Shown here: positions 34,667 to 48,119 of the stretch, piece after piece
How the letters are laid out: every line of letters starts with the position of its first letter
Numbering within the stretch: position 1 is the first letter of the stretch
Assembly: GCA_021827495.1 (NCBI GenBank)
Contig: JAKAVN010000001.1
Span: forward strand, 9,954 to 73,953
Length of the DNA: 64,000 bases
Reading direction: 5' to 3'
DNA from: Deltaproteobacteria bacterium
Lineage (GTDB): Bacteria; Desulfobacterota; Binatia; Binatales; Binataceae
Translations under genes and position numbers: made by a program
Notes under the pieces: generated by a model
What the model was told of the DNA's origin: nothing
The model's input: only the letters and a program-made list of their open reading frames with translations
Database searches by the model: none

Positions 34667-35948
34667 GGAACACAAACGGCGCGTCGCCCAGGCGCACGTC
34701 GTCGCCGTTGGCGAGCGGGCGCGTACCGTCGATCCGTTGGCCGCCGACGAAGGTGCCGTTCTGGCTGGCCAGGTCGCGCAGCGCGAAACCGCCGTCCTGC
34801 GGCACGATGCTCGCGTGATGGCGCGAGACCGAGGCGTCGGCGATCACGATGTCATTGTCGATCGCGCGGCCCAAGGTCGTCGGCGCTTTTGGGCGCAACT
34901 CGTAGCGGCGCCCGTTAACGTCGACCAGGCACGGCGTCGCCATCCGTCCGACGTGCGGCGGCACCGCGGCTCGCGGCGGCGCGGAGGTCGGCGCGCCATC
35001 CTGGCGGACGATGGCCGGACGCGGCCCGGCGCCGGCGCGCTTGAGATGAAAGCTCAATTCATAGCCGGCGATCTTGATCCGGTCGCCCTCGCTCAGCTCG
35101 GCGGTTTCGATCCGGTTACCGTTCAAGAATACGCCCTGCTGCACGGCGAGATTTTTCAGCACGTAGCTGTTGCCGTGGCGCTCGATAACCGCATGGCGCG
35201 GCTGCACGCCGGGATCGCCGAACAGCCCGACCACGTTTTCCTCGGCGCGCCCGAGCGTCGCCACCGAACGATCGATGTTGAAGCTGCGCCCGCGCAGCCG
35301 CCCGGCCTCGACGTTGAGCCAGGCGCTCTTGGTCAGCTCCTGCACCAGCCCGATCAGCAGCCCGATCATCAGGCCGACGACGCTCAGCCCAATCAGGCGT
35401 GAGACCAGGCCGCCGCCCGTCAGCACGTTGAGCGGATCGAAGGCGAGCCCGCCGATGAAGCCGCCGACCCATCCCCCAATGCCGCCCTTGAGGATGTTGC
35501 GTAGCGAGAAGCTCGCAAGCCCGACGCCCGCGCCCGCCATCAGACCCATCAGCGTCCAGCTCGCCGTGCGGGCCGCCATGAGGTAGGCGATCGAGACGGG
35601 CTGCACACCGAATCCGACGTACGCCAGGATTTTTGAGAAGACGACGTTGGAATAGTAGACAGCCGGAATCCCGAGCGCGAAGCAGATCAGGAAGCCGCGC
35701 AGGAGGCGGCGCTTGGCGAGCGGCGTGACCTCGAGACGCTTGCCCTCCGCGGCCAGGATCAGTCCGCCGATCGCGCCCAGCAGCAGCGCCATCGAGAGGG
35801 TCCCGCTCCACAGCATCCAAGGAGTCTGCGGCTCGGTAAGGGTCCGGTTGTGGTTGACCAGTTCGACCGGGAGCCATCCGATCGCGCCGCCGGCGAGGCC
35901 AGCCAGCGCCTTGAAGGCAAGTTCGCGCCGGTCGATCTCATCGTTCAT
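34659..35948 (-). CDS. Polytopic membrane protein with two C-terminal FHA (forkhead-associated) domains
   Basis: ~6 TMs in the N-terminal 230 aa. Two FHA-like modules follow: ...TLGRAEENVVGL...VLKNLAVQQGVFLNGNRI and ...TLGRAIDNDIVIAD...SRHHASI...LRDLASQNGTFVGGQRI. Confidence 0.7.
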   Translation of the reverse strand: MNDEIDRRELAFKALAGLAGGAIGWLPVELVNHNRTLTEPQTPWMLWSGTLSMALLLGAIGGLILAAEGKRLEVTPLAKRRLLRGFLICFALGIPAVYYSNVVFSKILAYVGFGVQPVSIAYLMAARTASWTLMGLMAGAGVGLASFSLRNILKGGIGGWVGGFIGGLAFDPLNVLTGGGLVSRLIGLSVVGLMIGLLIGLVQELTKSAWLNVEAGRLRGRSFNIDRSVATLGRAEENVVGLFGDPGVQPRHAVIERHGNSYVLKNLAVQQGVFLNGNRIETAELSEGDRIKIAGYELSFHLKRAGAGPRPAIVRQDGAPTSAPPRAAVPPHVGRMATPCLVDVNGRRYELRPKAPTTLGRAIDNDIVIADASVSRHHASIVPQDGGFALRDLASQNGTFVGGQRIDGTRPLANGDDVRLGDAPFVFHG

Positions 35949-36178
35949 CGCGGCGCTCCTCGATCAGGATTTGGCGCAAGGTTTTTTGACAGAGGATTCG
36001 GCATAGGCTTGGCGCGGTGCCGCGGCTGACGGCATTGATCAGTATAATAACCCGGCCTGCGGATGCGGCAAACGTCGGGCGAAGCCTTGGCGTCGCGGGC
36101 GCGCGCGGGTTGCCCCCTTCGGCGCAAACAGTGCATGATTCGCTGTTGCAGGAAGGCGTTAATCACCAGGAGGTCGCG

Positions 36179-37417
36179 ATGGCGGAGAAGACCCTTGTAC
36201 CCGAGACATTCGGACCGCTTCAGGGGGTCAAAATTATTTCGAACGGCACCTTGGTCGCGCAGCCCTTCGCCGCCGCGCTGGCCGCCGACATGGGCGCCGA
36301 AGTCATCCAGGTCGAGCGCCCCGGCGTGGGCGATGTGGGATGGCGCAACGTCGGCATCCGCCTCAAGACGCGCGACGGTAAGGGCGAGACCGCGACCAAC
36401 TGGGTACAGGAGCGGCGCAACGTCTTCTGCATCTCGCTCGATCTTACCAAGCCGCGCGGGCGCGAGCTGTTCCTGCGCCTGGTCGAGCGCGCCGATATCT
36501 GGATGGAAAGCTCGAAGGCCGGTACCTATCCGAGATGGGGCCTCGACGACGCCGCGGTATGGAAGGTCAATCCGAAGCTGGTGATTGCCCACGTCAGCTC
36601 CTACGGCTTGTATGGCCATCCCGACTACATCGGGCGCACCTCGTACGACATCGTGGGCCAGGCCTTTGGCGGCATCATGCAGCAGACCGGCTTTCCCGAG
36701 ACGCCGCCCGTGCGCGCCGCACCGTGGACGGGCGACTACCTCACGGCGCTGTTCACGCTGTGGTCGTCGCTGGCGGGGCTGACCTACGCGCGCAGCTTTG
36801 GCAAGGGCCAGGCGATCGACATCGCACAGTACGAGGCGATCCATCGCACGCTCGGCGGCACGATGGTCGAGTACTTCCAGCAGGGACTGGTGCGCCAGCG
36901 CTCGGGCAACAAGGCGCAGGGTTTCCAGCCGCTGGACAGCTTCGAGGCCAGCGACGGATGGGTGGTGCTGGGCGCGATCGGCGAGGTCTATGACCGCGTC
37001 GTGCGCGCGATCGGGCTGGACCCGGCCGATCCGAAGTGGCAAAAGGCGCGGCTCGAGATCGAGTCGATGGAGGGGATCGAGTTCGATGCGCTGCTGCGCG
37101 GATGGATCAACGAGCGGACCGCCGATGAAGTCGTGCGGCACATGAACCGGCACAACGTCGCCTGCAGCCGGATCATGTCGAGCAAGGAGATGGCGGAGAA
37201 CGAGCAGTACAAGGCGCGCGAAATGCACGTCGAATGGACCGACGAGCAGGCCGGCAGGGTCAAGGGCATCGGGATAGTGCCGAAGTTCTCGGCCACGCCG
37301 GGCAAGGTCTTCCGCGGCGCGGCCGGAGTCGGCCACGACAACGAGCGGGTCTATGGCGGGCTGCTGGGGCTTAAGCCGGCGGAGATCGAGGGGCTTAAAC
37401 GCGACAAGATAATCTAG
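36179..37417 (+). CDS. CoA-transferase family III (CaiB/BaiF) protein
   Basis: GVKIISNGTLVAQPFAAALAADMGAEVIQVE N-terminus. CAGGAGG RBS before the ATG at 36179. Confidence 0.8.
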   Translation: MAEKTLVPETFGPLQGVKIISNGTLVAQPFAAALAADMGAEVIQVERPGVGDVGWRNVGIRLKTRDGKGETATNWVQERRNVFCISLDLTKPRGRELFLRLVERADIWMESSKAGTYPRWGLDDAAVWKVNPKLVIAHVSSYGLYGHPDYIGRTSYDIVGQAFGGIMQQTGFPETPPVRAAPWTGDYLTALFTLWSSLAGLTYARSFGKGQAIDIAQYEAIHRTLGGTMVEYFQQGLVRQRSGNKAQGFQPLDSFEASDGWVVLGAIGEVYDRVVRAIGLDPADPKWQKARLEIESMEGIEFDALLRGWINERTADEVVRHMNRHNVACSRIMSSKEMAENEQYKAREMHVEWTDEQAGRVKGIGIVPKFSATPGKVFRGAAGVGHDNERVYGGLLGLKPAEIEGLKRDKII

Positions 37418-37569
37418 TTCGCTGACCGGCGCGCGCGCCGGCGACAATCGTGTCGCGAGTCGCCTGCGGCCCCAGGTGGCGGATCGCGATTCCGTACTTC
37501 ATCGTCGAACCCCCGCGTTCGCCGCCAGGCGCCGGATTCCGTTCGCCATCCAACGACTTGACGGTTCAG

Positions 37570-39240
37570 CTATTTAACTGCTTTGAGTTTGCGCCGCCCG
37601 TGGCGGCCCGAGACCAGCCGCCGCGCGGCCTCGCCGAGCGTCCCCGCGCGATGCGATCGGCTGTACTGCTCCAGGGTTAGGCCGTGCGCCGCTTCCAGAG
37701 CGACCGACAGCGCTGCAAGCACGCATACTTCGGCAAGCACGCTGATGCGCGGCGCGAGGCCGAGCACGCCGCCTTCCTGCTGGACCGGCACCTTGATCAC
37801 GAGGTCGGCGAGGTGCGAAAGCTCGGAAGCCGGGTTGCCGGTCACCGCGATGAGCTGGGCGCCATGCTCCTTGATTGCCGCGGTGGCCTCGCACAGCTCG
37901 CGCGTGTTGCCGCTGTTGGAGATCGCGATGACGACGTCCCTGGGATCGACCTGGCCGAGACTGCCGTGCAGGGTTTCAGTCGCGTGCAGGAAGGTCGCTT
38001 GCGTGCCGATCGAACACAGCAGACTCGCCGCGTAGCGCGCGACGTGCTCCGGCTTGCCGACCCCGGTCAGGTGGACGCGGCCGCCGCGCGCTTCGGCGGT
38101 GCGAATCATGTCGACCGCGGCGCGAATCTGGTCGAGATCGATTTCGCGCCGCAGCGTCCCAAGCTCGCTCAGGCACAGTTCCAGGAAGCGGTTGACCTCG
38201 CGCGAGGGATCCAGTGGTCCGTTCACCTCGGGTGGCGGCGCGAGGTCCGGCAGCGCCTGATCGGGCAGCGCACCGCGGAACAGCGCGAGCACCGCACCGC
38301 GCACCGCGAATCCAGGGGGAAACGCGCCCAACTGTCCCACGCATACCGCGCCTGCGGCGTTGGCCAGCGTCCCGATGGCGCGCCACGGCAGGCCCCACCG
38401 GAGCCCCGCGAGCATCCCGCCCAGAAAAGCATCGCCGGCGCCGGTTGTGTCGACCACTTTGACCTGGAACGCAGGCAGCTTGAGCGCCGTATCGCGCGCC
38501 GCGATCGCGCATCCCCGCTCGCCGTCGGTCACAACCACGGCCTGGCTCTGGTAGCGCGCGCGCATCAGCTCCGCGAGCCTAAGCGTATCGCGTCCCGCGC
38601 CCATCAACGCGCGCGCCGCGGGACGGGCCGGCTTGAGAATCGTCGCCAGCCGCAGCGCGCGCTCGAGTTCGGCGCGCGTGCCGAGCATCGGACAGGCATC
38701 GGCGGGTGGCAGATCGACGTCGAGCACGCTCGGAATCGAATTGGCCCGCGCGAACAGCAGCAGGGCGATCACGGTGCGCAGCGGGAGCTGCGAAATTTCG
38801 CTCGAGACCATCCAGGCGTGGCGGATGAAGCCTGCGTGGCGGCGGCGAATCTCGCCGGGCGCAAGCTCGGCGGTGGCGCCGCGCGCCATGTAGATCGCAC
38901 GGCCGCCGCCCGCGTCGACGAAGACCTTGGCAAACGAGCTGGCCGAACCGTCGGTGGTGAGATGATGCCGTATCCCGAGCTGTTCGATCCCGCGGCGCAG
39001 AAACTCGCCGTGGCGGTCAGCGCCAATTTTGCCGAACACCCCGGCCTCGAGCCCCAGCACGCGCGCCCATCCGAGATGGTTGAGCACCAAGCCGCCGACC
39101 GCCGCGCGCTCCATCCGGCCGTCGCCGTGATGGGCGTCGAGCGCGACTTTCTGCTCGGCGCGGACGAACTTCGGCGTGCGGTAGAACAAGTCCACCACCA
39201 TGCTGCCGCAGCCGGCGACGTCGAGGTTTGCTTCAGCCAT
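37570..39240 (-). CDS. Fusion protein: PfkB-family carbohydrate kinase (N-terminal) + SIS sugar-phosphate isomerase/binding domain (C-terminal)
   Basis: N-terminal ribokinase-fold motifs (GCGSMVVDLF, DTTGAGDAFLGGMLAGL). C-terminal SIS motifs (VHLTGVGKPEHVARYAASLL, AISNSGNT). Confidence 0.75.
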   Translation of the reverse strand: MAEANLDVAGCGSMVVDLFYRTPKFVRAEQKVALDAHHGDGRMERAAVGGLVLNHLGWARVLGLEAGVFGKIGADRHGEFLRRGIEQLGIRHHLTTDGSASSFAKVFVDAGGGRAIYMARGATAELAPGEIRRRHAGFIRHAWMVSSEISQLPLRTVIALLLFARANSIPSVLDVDLPPADACPMLGTRAELERALRLATILKPARPAARALMGAGRDTLRLAELMRARYQSQAVVVTDGERGCAIAARDTALKLPAFQVKVVDTTGAGDAFLGGMLAGLRWGLPWRAIGTLANAAGAVCVGQLGAFPPGFAVRGAVLALFRGALPDQALPDLAPPPEVNGPLDPSREVNRFLELCLSELGTLRREIDLDQIRAAVDMIRTAEARGGRVHLTGVGKPEHVARYAASLLCSIGTQATFLHATETLHGSLGQVDPRDVVIAISNSGNTRELCEATAAIKEHGAQLIAVTGNPASELSHLADLVIKVPVQQEGGVLGLAPRISVLAEVCVLAALSVALEAAHGLTLEQYSRSHRAGTLGEAARRLVSGRHGRRKLKAVK

Positions 39241-40417
39241 CCTTAAGCGCGCGCCGCGTCTGCGGGCGCTCCGCGTCGAGTTCGCTCAGCCATCCGGGCT
39301 CGAGCGTGGCCGCCGCGCGCCGGCGCAGATCCTTGAAGCGGCGGGCAAACTCGCGCCGCTCGGCGCCGCTGAGCGCGGGGGTTCCCGGCGCAAGCGCTTC
39401 GCTCCGGCATACGCCCATCTCGGCCAGCGCCGCTTTGAGGCAGGCGAGGGTGGGGCGGAAGCTGTGGCCGGCGCGGCTGAATTCGCACGCGGCGCGGAAC
39501 TCCTCGAGCACCTGGGCGTAGCGATGCATCAGGGCGGGATCGCCGTTGCGGCACACCCGCAGCGCGCGCTGCCACTCGCGCGGCATCGCGTTGCTGGGTC
39601 CGGCGACGATTCCGTAGGGCAGCGAATCGCGGGTCCAGTAGCGGTTCCAGTAATGCCGCGTCCAGCCGCGCGCGCCCGCGGGCGGCGCGAACAGATCGAA
39701 AATCAGATATGGGTCACCGGCGTAAATCGCGAAATCGCCGTGGCGGTTGAAGTGCGCCGCCGCGCGCGTGTAGTTGCCGAGCACCGCTTTGCCGGCGGTG
39801 ACTTTGACCCCGCGCACGTAATCCATCCGGCTCATCTGCTTGATGTCGCGCGTGTGCATGTGCGGCGCGCGGCCGGGCGCGGCGATCTCGGCGTTGTCGT
39901 AGAGGAAGACCGGGATGCGCCGCTGGCAGCGCTCGAACAGCGCGTCGATCTCGCGGTTGACGAAACCGACCGGATCGTCCGAGTCGCGAATCGACAGCGG
40001 TGCGACCACCACCGCCGCGGCCTTCAGCTCCAGCGCATACTCGAGATTCTCCAGCGTCTCGGCGCGCGTATGCCCGGTGATGCCGACCCAGGCCTCGACC
40101 GCCACGCCGGCGGCGTTGATGCGGCGGCATTCGTCGACCACCACGCGCGCGATTTGCTGGCGGCGCGGATTGTCCAGCTTGTCCCATTCGCCGGTGGTGC
40201 CGGCGGCGAAAATGATGTTGGCGCCGTGGCCGCGCTGCACTGCCCAGCGCACGACCGCGCGCTGCTCGTCCTCGAGCACCGCTCCCGTGCGATCGAGAAT
40301 GGTGACGACGGGCGTCGACAGCCCCGCGTTAGGCACGTAGCGCTGAACTTCCTGCGCGCCCGCGCGCCGCGCCCCCAGCCGCTGTCCAACAAGCTTGAGT
40401 GGTGTCGAATCTGTCAT
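39233..40417 (-). CDS. DapA/NAL-family (dihydrodipicolinate synthase-like) class I aldolase
   Basis: IFAAGTTGEWDKLD motif region and a Schiff-base lysine context (VRGVKVTAG). It overlaps the downstream PfkB-SIS start. Confidence 0.65.
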   Translation of the reverse strand: MTDSTPLKLVGQRLGARRAGAQEVQRYVPNAGLSTPVVTILDRTGAVLEDEQRAVVRWAVQRGHGANIIFAAGTTGEWDKLDNPRRQQIARVVVDECRRINAAGVAVEAWVGITGHTRAETLENLEYALELKAAAVVVAPLSIRDSDDPVGFVNREIDALFERCQRRIPVFLYDNAEIAAPGRAPHMHTRDIKQMSRMDYVRGVKVTAGKAVLGNYTRAAAHFNRHGDFAIYAGDPYLIFDLFAPPAGARGWTRHYWNRYWTRDSLPYGIVAGPSNAMPREWQRALRVCRNGDPALMHRYAQVLEEFRAACEFSRAGHSFRPTLACLKAALAEMGVCRSEALAPGTPALSGAERREFARRFKDLRRRAAATLEPGWLSELDAERPQTRRALKDG

Positions 40418-40482
40418 CGCGCCTCGCAGCCGAAAGGGCGGTTCAACAAAAATTCCTCAATAAAAATCCGCTTGGCCCGGGA

Positions 40483-41274
40483 TCACAGAATCCCCAGGCC
40501 AACCCGCGTGATGAACGTATGTTTGCCCTCCCGGTCCACACTATATTTGCTAAGCTGGGCTTCAATACGCAACCGGTAATGGCCATCCTTGGCCAGCGCG
40601 CCGGTGGGCAGGTTGTTGGCCCACAAGGACTTTTTGCAGGCGGCGATCACGAGGTCATCGACCGCGGCGAGTCCGGAATGCTGCTGGTAAATAAGCTCCT
40701 TTAGCTGGCCCTTGTGGTTGAGGATGGCGGTCACGATCACGGGCTTGAGCTCGTCCGGCAACTGCATCGTTACGATCGGCTCCTGGTTCTCCAACTTGAC
40801 CATCGCTTTGAGCATCTGCGTGAGGATCATGTCCACGAAGCCGGGATACTCGGCCGCCTTGGCATTGAGCAGCCGCTCCTGGGCGTGCGGGATCGGGGTC
40901 TCGGTGTAGCGCGAGGATTCGGGATGGTTCAGGAACAGCCGGCGCAGCGTTGAGGGCGTGTCGTCCCCGAGGGCGTGCGCGCCCATCGAGAGGGCCTCAC
41001 CCCGGGGCGGGGTGGCTTTCAGCACCTGCGCGGCGTTGTTGAGCGAGGCGGCGTCGGCATTTTGGGATGAAAGCTGCGAGAGATCCGTGATGACGTGCGG
41101 TGAGCCGGGAGCGGCGGGCGGCGACGGCGGAGCGACCGTCGTCGGGGTTTGCCAGGAGCATCCGGCGGCCATCGTCAGCGCGAGAACTGCCGCGCTCAGC
41201 GTAGCCGCCGCGCTCGTCATCGCCGCGCGCACCCCGGCGGGGAGCCGGGCCATCAAACCGTGTTGCATTGCCAT
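40483..41274 (-). CDS. Hypothetical lipoprotein
   Basis: Lipobox LTMAAGC after a signal peptide. The C-terminal half has lower GC (~52%) and no recognisable domain. Confidence 0.5.
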   Translation of the reverse strand: MAMQHGLMARLPAGVRAAMTSAAATLSAAVLALTMAAGCSWQTPTTVAPPSPPAAPGSPHVITDLSQLSSQNADAASLNNAAQVLKATPPRGEALSMGAHALGDDTPSTLRRLFLNHPESSRYTETPIPHAQERLLNAKAAEYPGFVDMILTQMLKAMVKLENQEPIVTMQLPDELKPVIVTAILNHKGQLKELIYQQHSGLAAVDDLVIAACKKSLWANNLPTGALAKDGHYRLRIEAQLSKYSVDREGKHTFITRVGLGIL

Positions 41275-41533
41275 CCTGATGGAGAAATCTCGTGATGCCA
41301 CACGCGGCGCAATCGCGCGCCGCAAGCGCACGATTGTAATACCGAACCGCCGCCGCGGACAATTGCCCCGTGCGCGCCCCCTTACCTCGTGCGAGGCGCG
41401 GGCCGGGGGCGGCACATGACAAACCGGCGGTGCGTGATTATCTTAGGCGCAGGTTAATCGGGGGGCGGCCCGCTGCGGGTGAATTGAGTGGCTCGCCGCC
41501 CGATGGTATACTCCCACGCACATAAGGAAGGAC

Positions 41534-41734
41534 ATGAAACCCGCGATTCATCCCGAATACCATCGCTGCGTAGTCACCTGCGCGTGCGGCAACACGTTCG
41601 AGACGCGCTCGACGGTGGATCAACTGCAAGTCGAGGTTTGCTCGAAGTGCCACCCCTTCTATACCGGCACGCAACGGCTGGTCGACACGGCCGGCCGGAT
41701 CGAGCGCTTCAATCGCAAGTACGGTCGTCAGTAG
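41534..41734 (+). CDS. rpmE: 50S ribosomal protein L31
   Basis: [27 protein letters not shown]...[10 protein letters not shown] is canonical zinc-ribbon L31. AAGGAAGG RBS. Confidence 0.9.
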   Translation: MKPAIHPEYHRCVVTCACGNTFETRSTVDQLQVEVCSKCHPFYTGTQRLVDTAGRIERFNRKYGRQ

Positions 41735-41887
41735 CATAGCAACTCCCGCTGCCCGCGGCGCATCACGATGCGTCCGGGCGGGCGGGGGATCGGTCTTGAT
41801 GGCGCGGCTGGCCCGATACCTGGTAGCCGCGCTAAATTTTTGCCCCGTGCGACGCTGAAGCCTGGCGCCGCCACGACGCAGGTGCCG

Positions 41888-42949
41888 ATGCTCGACAAGC
41901 TCAAAGGAATCGAAGAGCGCTTCAGCGAACTGGAGCGGCGCATCAGCGACCCGGCGGTAATCGCCAACAACCGCGAATATGCCCAGCTCGCCCGCGAGCG
42001 TTCCTCGCTCCAGGAGGTGATCGGCGCCATCCGCGAGTATCGCCGCGTCCTTAACGACATCGCCGAGCATCGCGCGCTGCTCGAGGGCGACGACGAGGAT
42101 CTGCGCGAGCTGGCCAAGGGCGAGCTGCCGGCGCTGCAAAAGCGCCAAGCCGAGCTGGAAGAGCGGATCAGGACGCTGATCACGCCGCGCGACCCCAATG
42201 ACGACCGCAACGTCCTGCTCGAAATTCGCGCCGGCACCGGCGGCGGGGAAGCCTCGCTCTTCGCCGGCGAACTGTTCCGGATGTACACGCGCTACGCCGA
42301 GCGCCATCGATGGAAGGTCGAGGCGCTGAGCCTCAGCTCGACCGGGCTTGGCGGTATCAAGGAAGTGATCGCGCTCATCGCCGGCCACGGCGCCTACAGC
42401 CGGCTCAAGTTCGAGGGCGGAGTACATCGCGTCCAGCGCGTGCCCGCCACCGAAGGCTCGGGCCGCATCCATACCTCGGCCGTGACGGTCGCCGTGATGC
42501 CCGAGGCCGACGAGGTCGAGGTCAATATCAACGAGGAGAAAGACCTGCGCATCGACGTGATGCGTGCTTCGGGGCCGGGCGGCCAGAGCGTCAACACCAC
42601 CGACTCGGCCGTGCGTATCACCCACCTTCCCACCGGCATGGTGATCGTCTGCCGCGACGAAAAATCGCAGCACAAGAACAAGGCGCGGGCGCTCAAGATT
42701 CTGCGCGCGCGCCTGCTCGAACGGGCGCAAGCCGAGCAGGAAGCCAAAATCGCCGCCACGCGCCGCTCGATGGTCGGCACCGGCGATCGCTCCGAGCGCA
42801 TCCGTACCTATAACTTTCCGCAGTCCCGCGTTACTGACCATCGCGTCAACCTGACGCTCCATCAGCTCGACCAGGTGCTCGACGGCGCGATCGATCCGAT
42901 TATCGACGCGCTCGCCACCCGCGAGCAGGCCGAGGCGCTGAGCGCGTAA
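41888..42949 (+). CDS. prfA: Peptide chain release factor 1
   Basis: [17 protein letters not shown]-terminus, the PxT-region context and the GGQ motif (SGPGGQSVN). Confidence 0.9.
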   Translation: MLDKLKGIEERFSELERRISDPAVIANNREYAQLARERSSLQEVIGAIREYRRVLNDIAEHRALLEGDDEDLRELAKGELPALQKRQAELEERIRTLITPRDPNDDRNVLLEIRAGTGGGEASLFAGELFRMYTRYAERHRWKVEALSLSSTGLGGIKEVIALIAGHGAYSRLKFEGGVHRVQRVPATEGSGRIHTSAVTVAVMPEADEVEVNINEEKDLRIDVMRASGPGGQSVNTTDSAVRITHLPTGMVIVCRDEKSQHKNKARALKILRARLLERAQAEQEAKIAATRRSMVGTGDRSERIRTYNFPQSRVTDHRVNLTLHQLDQVLDGAIDPIIDALATREQAEALSA

Positions 42950-42954
42950 CGCGG

Positions 42955-43854
42955 ATGAATCCCGAAACCATCGCGAGGCGACGGGCGGGCGAAGGCGCAG
43001 CCGCGGCGGCGGCGGTTGCGGCTGCGGTGCGGCGCCTTGCGCGGGCCGGCGCCGCGAGCGCGCGGCTCGACGCCGAGTTGCTGATGGCCGCGGCGGCGCA
43101 CACCTCGCGCGCGGCGTTGGTCGCCGGGTCCGCGCGGGTCGATCAACCGGCGCTCGAGCGCTTCGAACGGATGCTCGCGCGGCGCGAGGCCCGCGAGCCG
43201 CTCGCCTATATCGTTGGCCAGCGCGAGTTCTTTTCGCTCGACTTCGCGGTCTGCCCCGGCGTACTCATCCCGCGTCCCGAGACCGAGACCGTGGTCGAGG
43301 CCGCCCTGGATTTCCTCAATGCGCGCTCGAGCGCGACGGTCCTCGACCTCGGCACCGGCTCGGGCGCGATCGCGATCGCGATCGCCAAAAGCGCGCCGGC
43401 GGCGCGCATCGTCGCATCGGACATATCTAAAGTGTCGCTTGAAGTCGCGATGGGCAACGCGCGGCGCCATCGATGCGTCGACCGGATCGTCTTTCTTGAG
43501 AGCGATTGCTTCGCCGCGCTGGAGAAAGGCTGGGACGGTTCGCCATTCGACCTCATCGTTGCCAATCCGCCCTACATCGCCGAGACTGGGTTCGCCACGC
43601 TGGAGCCCGAGGTGCGCGACTTCGAACCGCGTATCGCGCTCGCGGGTGGGCGTGACGGAATGGATTTCTATCGCACGATCTCGAGGGGGCTTGCGCGATG
43701 GCTCAGGCGCGGTGGTGAAGTGATGCTTGAGGTTGGCGCAGGGCAGGCGGATGCAGTCGAGGGGATGATGCGCGCGGCCGGATGCGCCGCGGGCGCGCGG
43801 GTGCGCGATCTGGCGGGGGTCGAGCGCGTGGTGCGGATGCGGCGCGCGCTTTAG
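42955..43854 (+). CDS. prmC: Release-factor glutamine N5-methyltransferase (HemK/PrmC)
   Basis: NPPY motif (IVANPPYIA) and the SAM-binding motif DLGTGSGAIA. It lies immediately downstream of prfA. Confidence 0.85.
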   Translation: MNPETIARRRAGEGAAAAAAVAAAVRRLARAGAASARLDAELLMAAAAHTSRAALVAGSARVDQPALERFERMLARREAREPLAYIVGQREFFSLDFAVCPGVLIPRPETETVVEAALDFLNARSSATVLDLGTGSGAIAIAIAKSAPAARIVASDISKVSLEVAMGNARRHRCVDRIVFLESDCFAALEKGWDGSPFDLIVANPPYIAETGFATLEPEVRDFEPRIALAGGRDGMDFYRTISRGLARWLRRGGEVMLEVGAGQADAVEGMMRAAGCAAGARVRDLAGVERVVRMRRAL

Positions 43855-43939
43855 TCGCGCGTTTTAGTGTGGATAAGAGCGGGGAAACGCGGGCGGTCGG
43901 GAGGACGATCCGGCGCGCGGCGGGAATCTACAGCTTCAA

Positions 43940-46530
<2,591 letters not shown>

Positions 46531-46534
46531 AGAA

Positions 46535-47650
<1,116 letters not shown>

Positions 47651-47799
47651 GAGCCTTTCTCCAGATACGAGGGGCCGCGCTGACCGCGATTCAATGCGGA
47701 CGCCGCCGCCGCCTCCGTTGGCGCCAATGGGCCAGCGTGATCGGCGCGAAGCCATTCGTGCTATAACCGCTGCCGTTGGTTCGCGAGGAGGAGGAATCG

Positions 47800-48039
47800 A
47801 TGCCGCGCAAGCTACGGCTGGTCAAGGGCGCTGCGGAGCGCGCCGCGCTGGTCTACGGGATGCGAATCTTTGCCCACAACGACGTGGCGGCCGTCGAGGA
47901 CGCACAGGTGCGGCTCAACGACGGCAGCAGCGGGCGGGTCACGATGCACTTCATCGAGGGCACGCGCGCGCAGATTCGCCGCCAGCTCATGCAGAGCATC
48001 GATGCCTTTTTCGAACTGCTCGGCGACGAGGAACGCTAG
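47800..48039 (+). CDS. Hypothetical small protein
   Basis: Strong AGGAGGAGG RBS 5 nt before the ATG at 47800 (MPRKLRLVKGAAERAALVYG...). No recognisable domain. Confidence 0.4.
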   Translation: MPRKLRLVKGAAERAALVYGMRIFAHNDVAAVEDAQVRLNDGSSGRVTMHFIEGTRAQIRRQLMQSIDAFFELLGDEER

Positions 48040-48119
48040 CGCGGCGCGGACCCACAGCCGGATCGGGAAGCAGAGATCATTAGCAACAAGAACCGCCAAG
48101 GGAAAGAGAGAGGTAAGCG

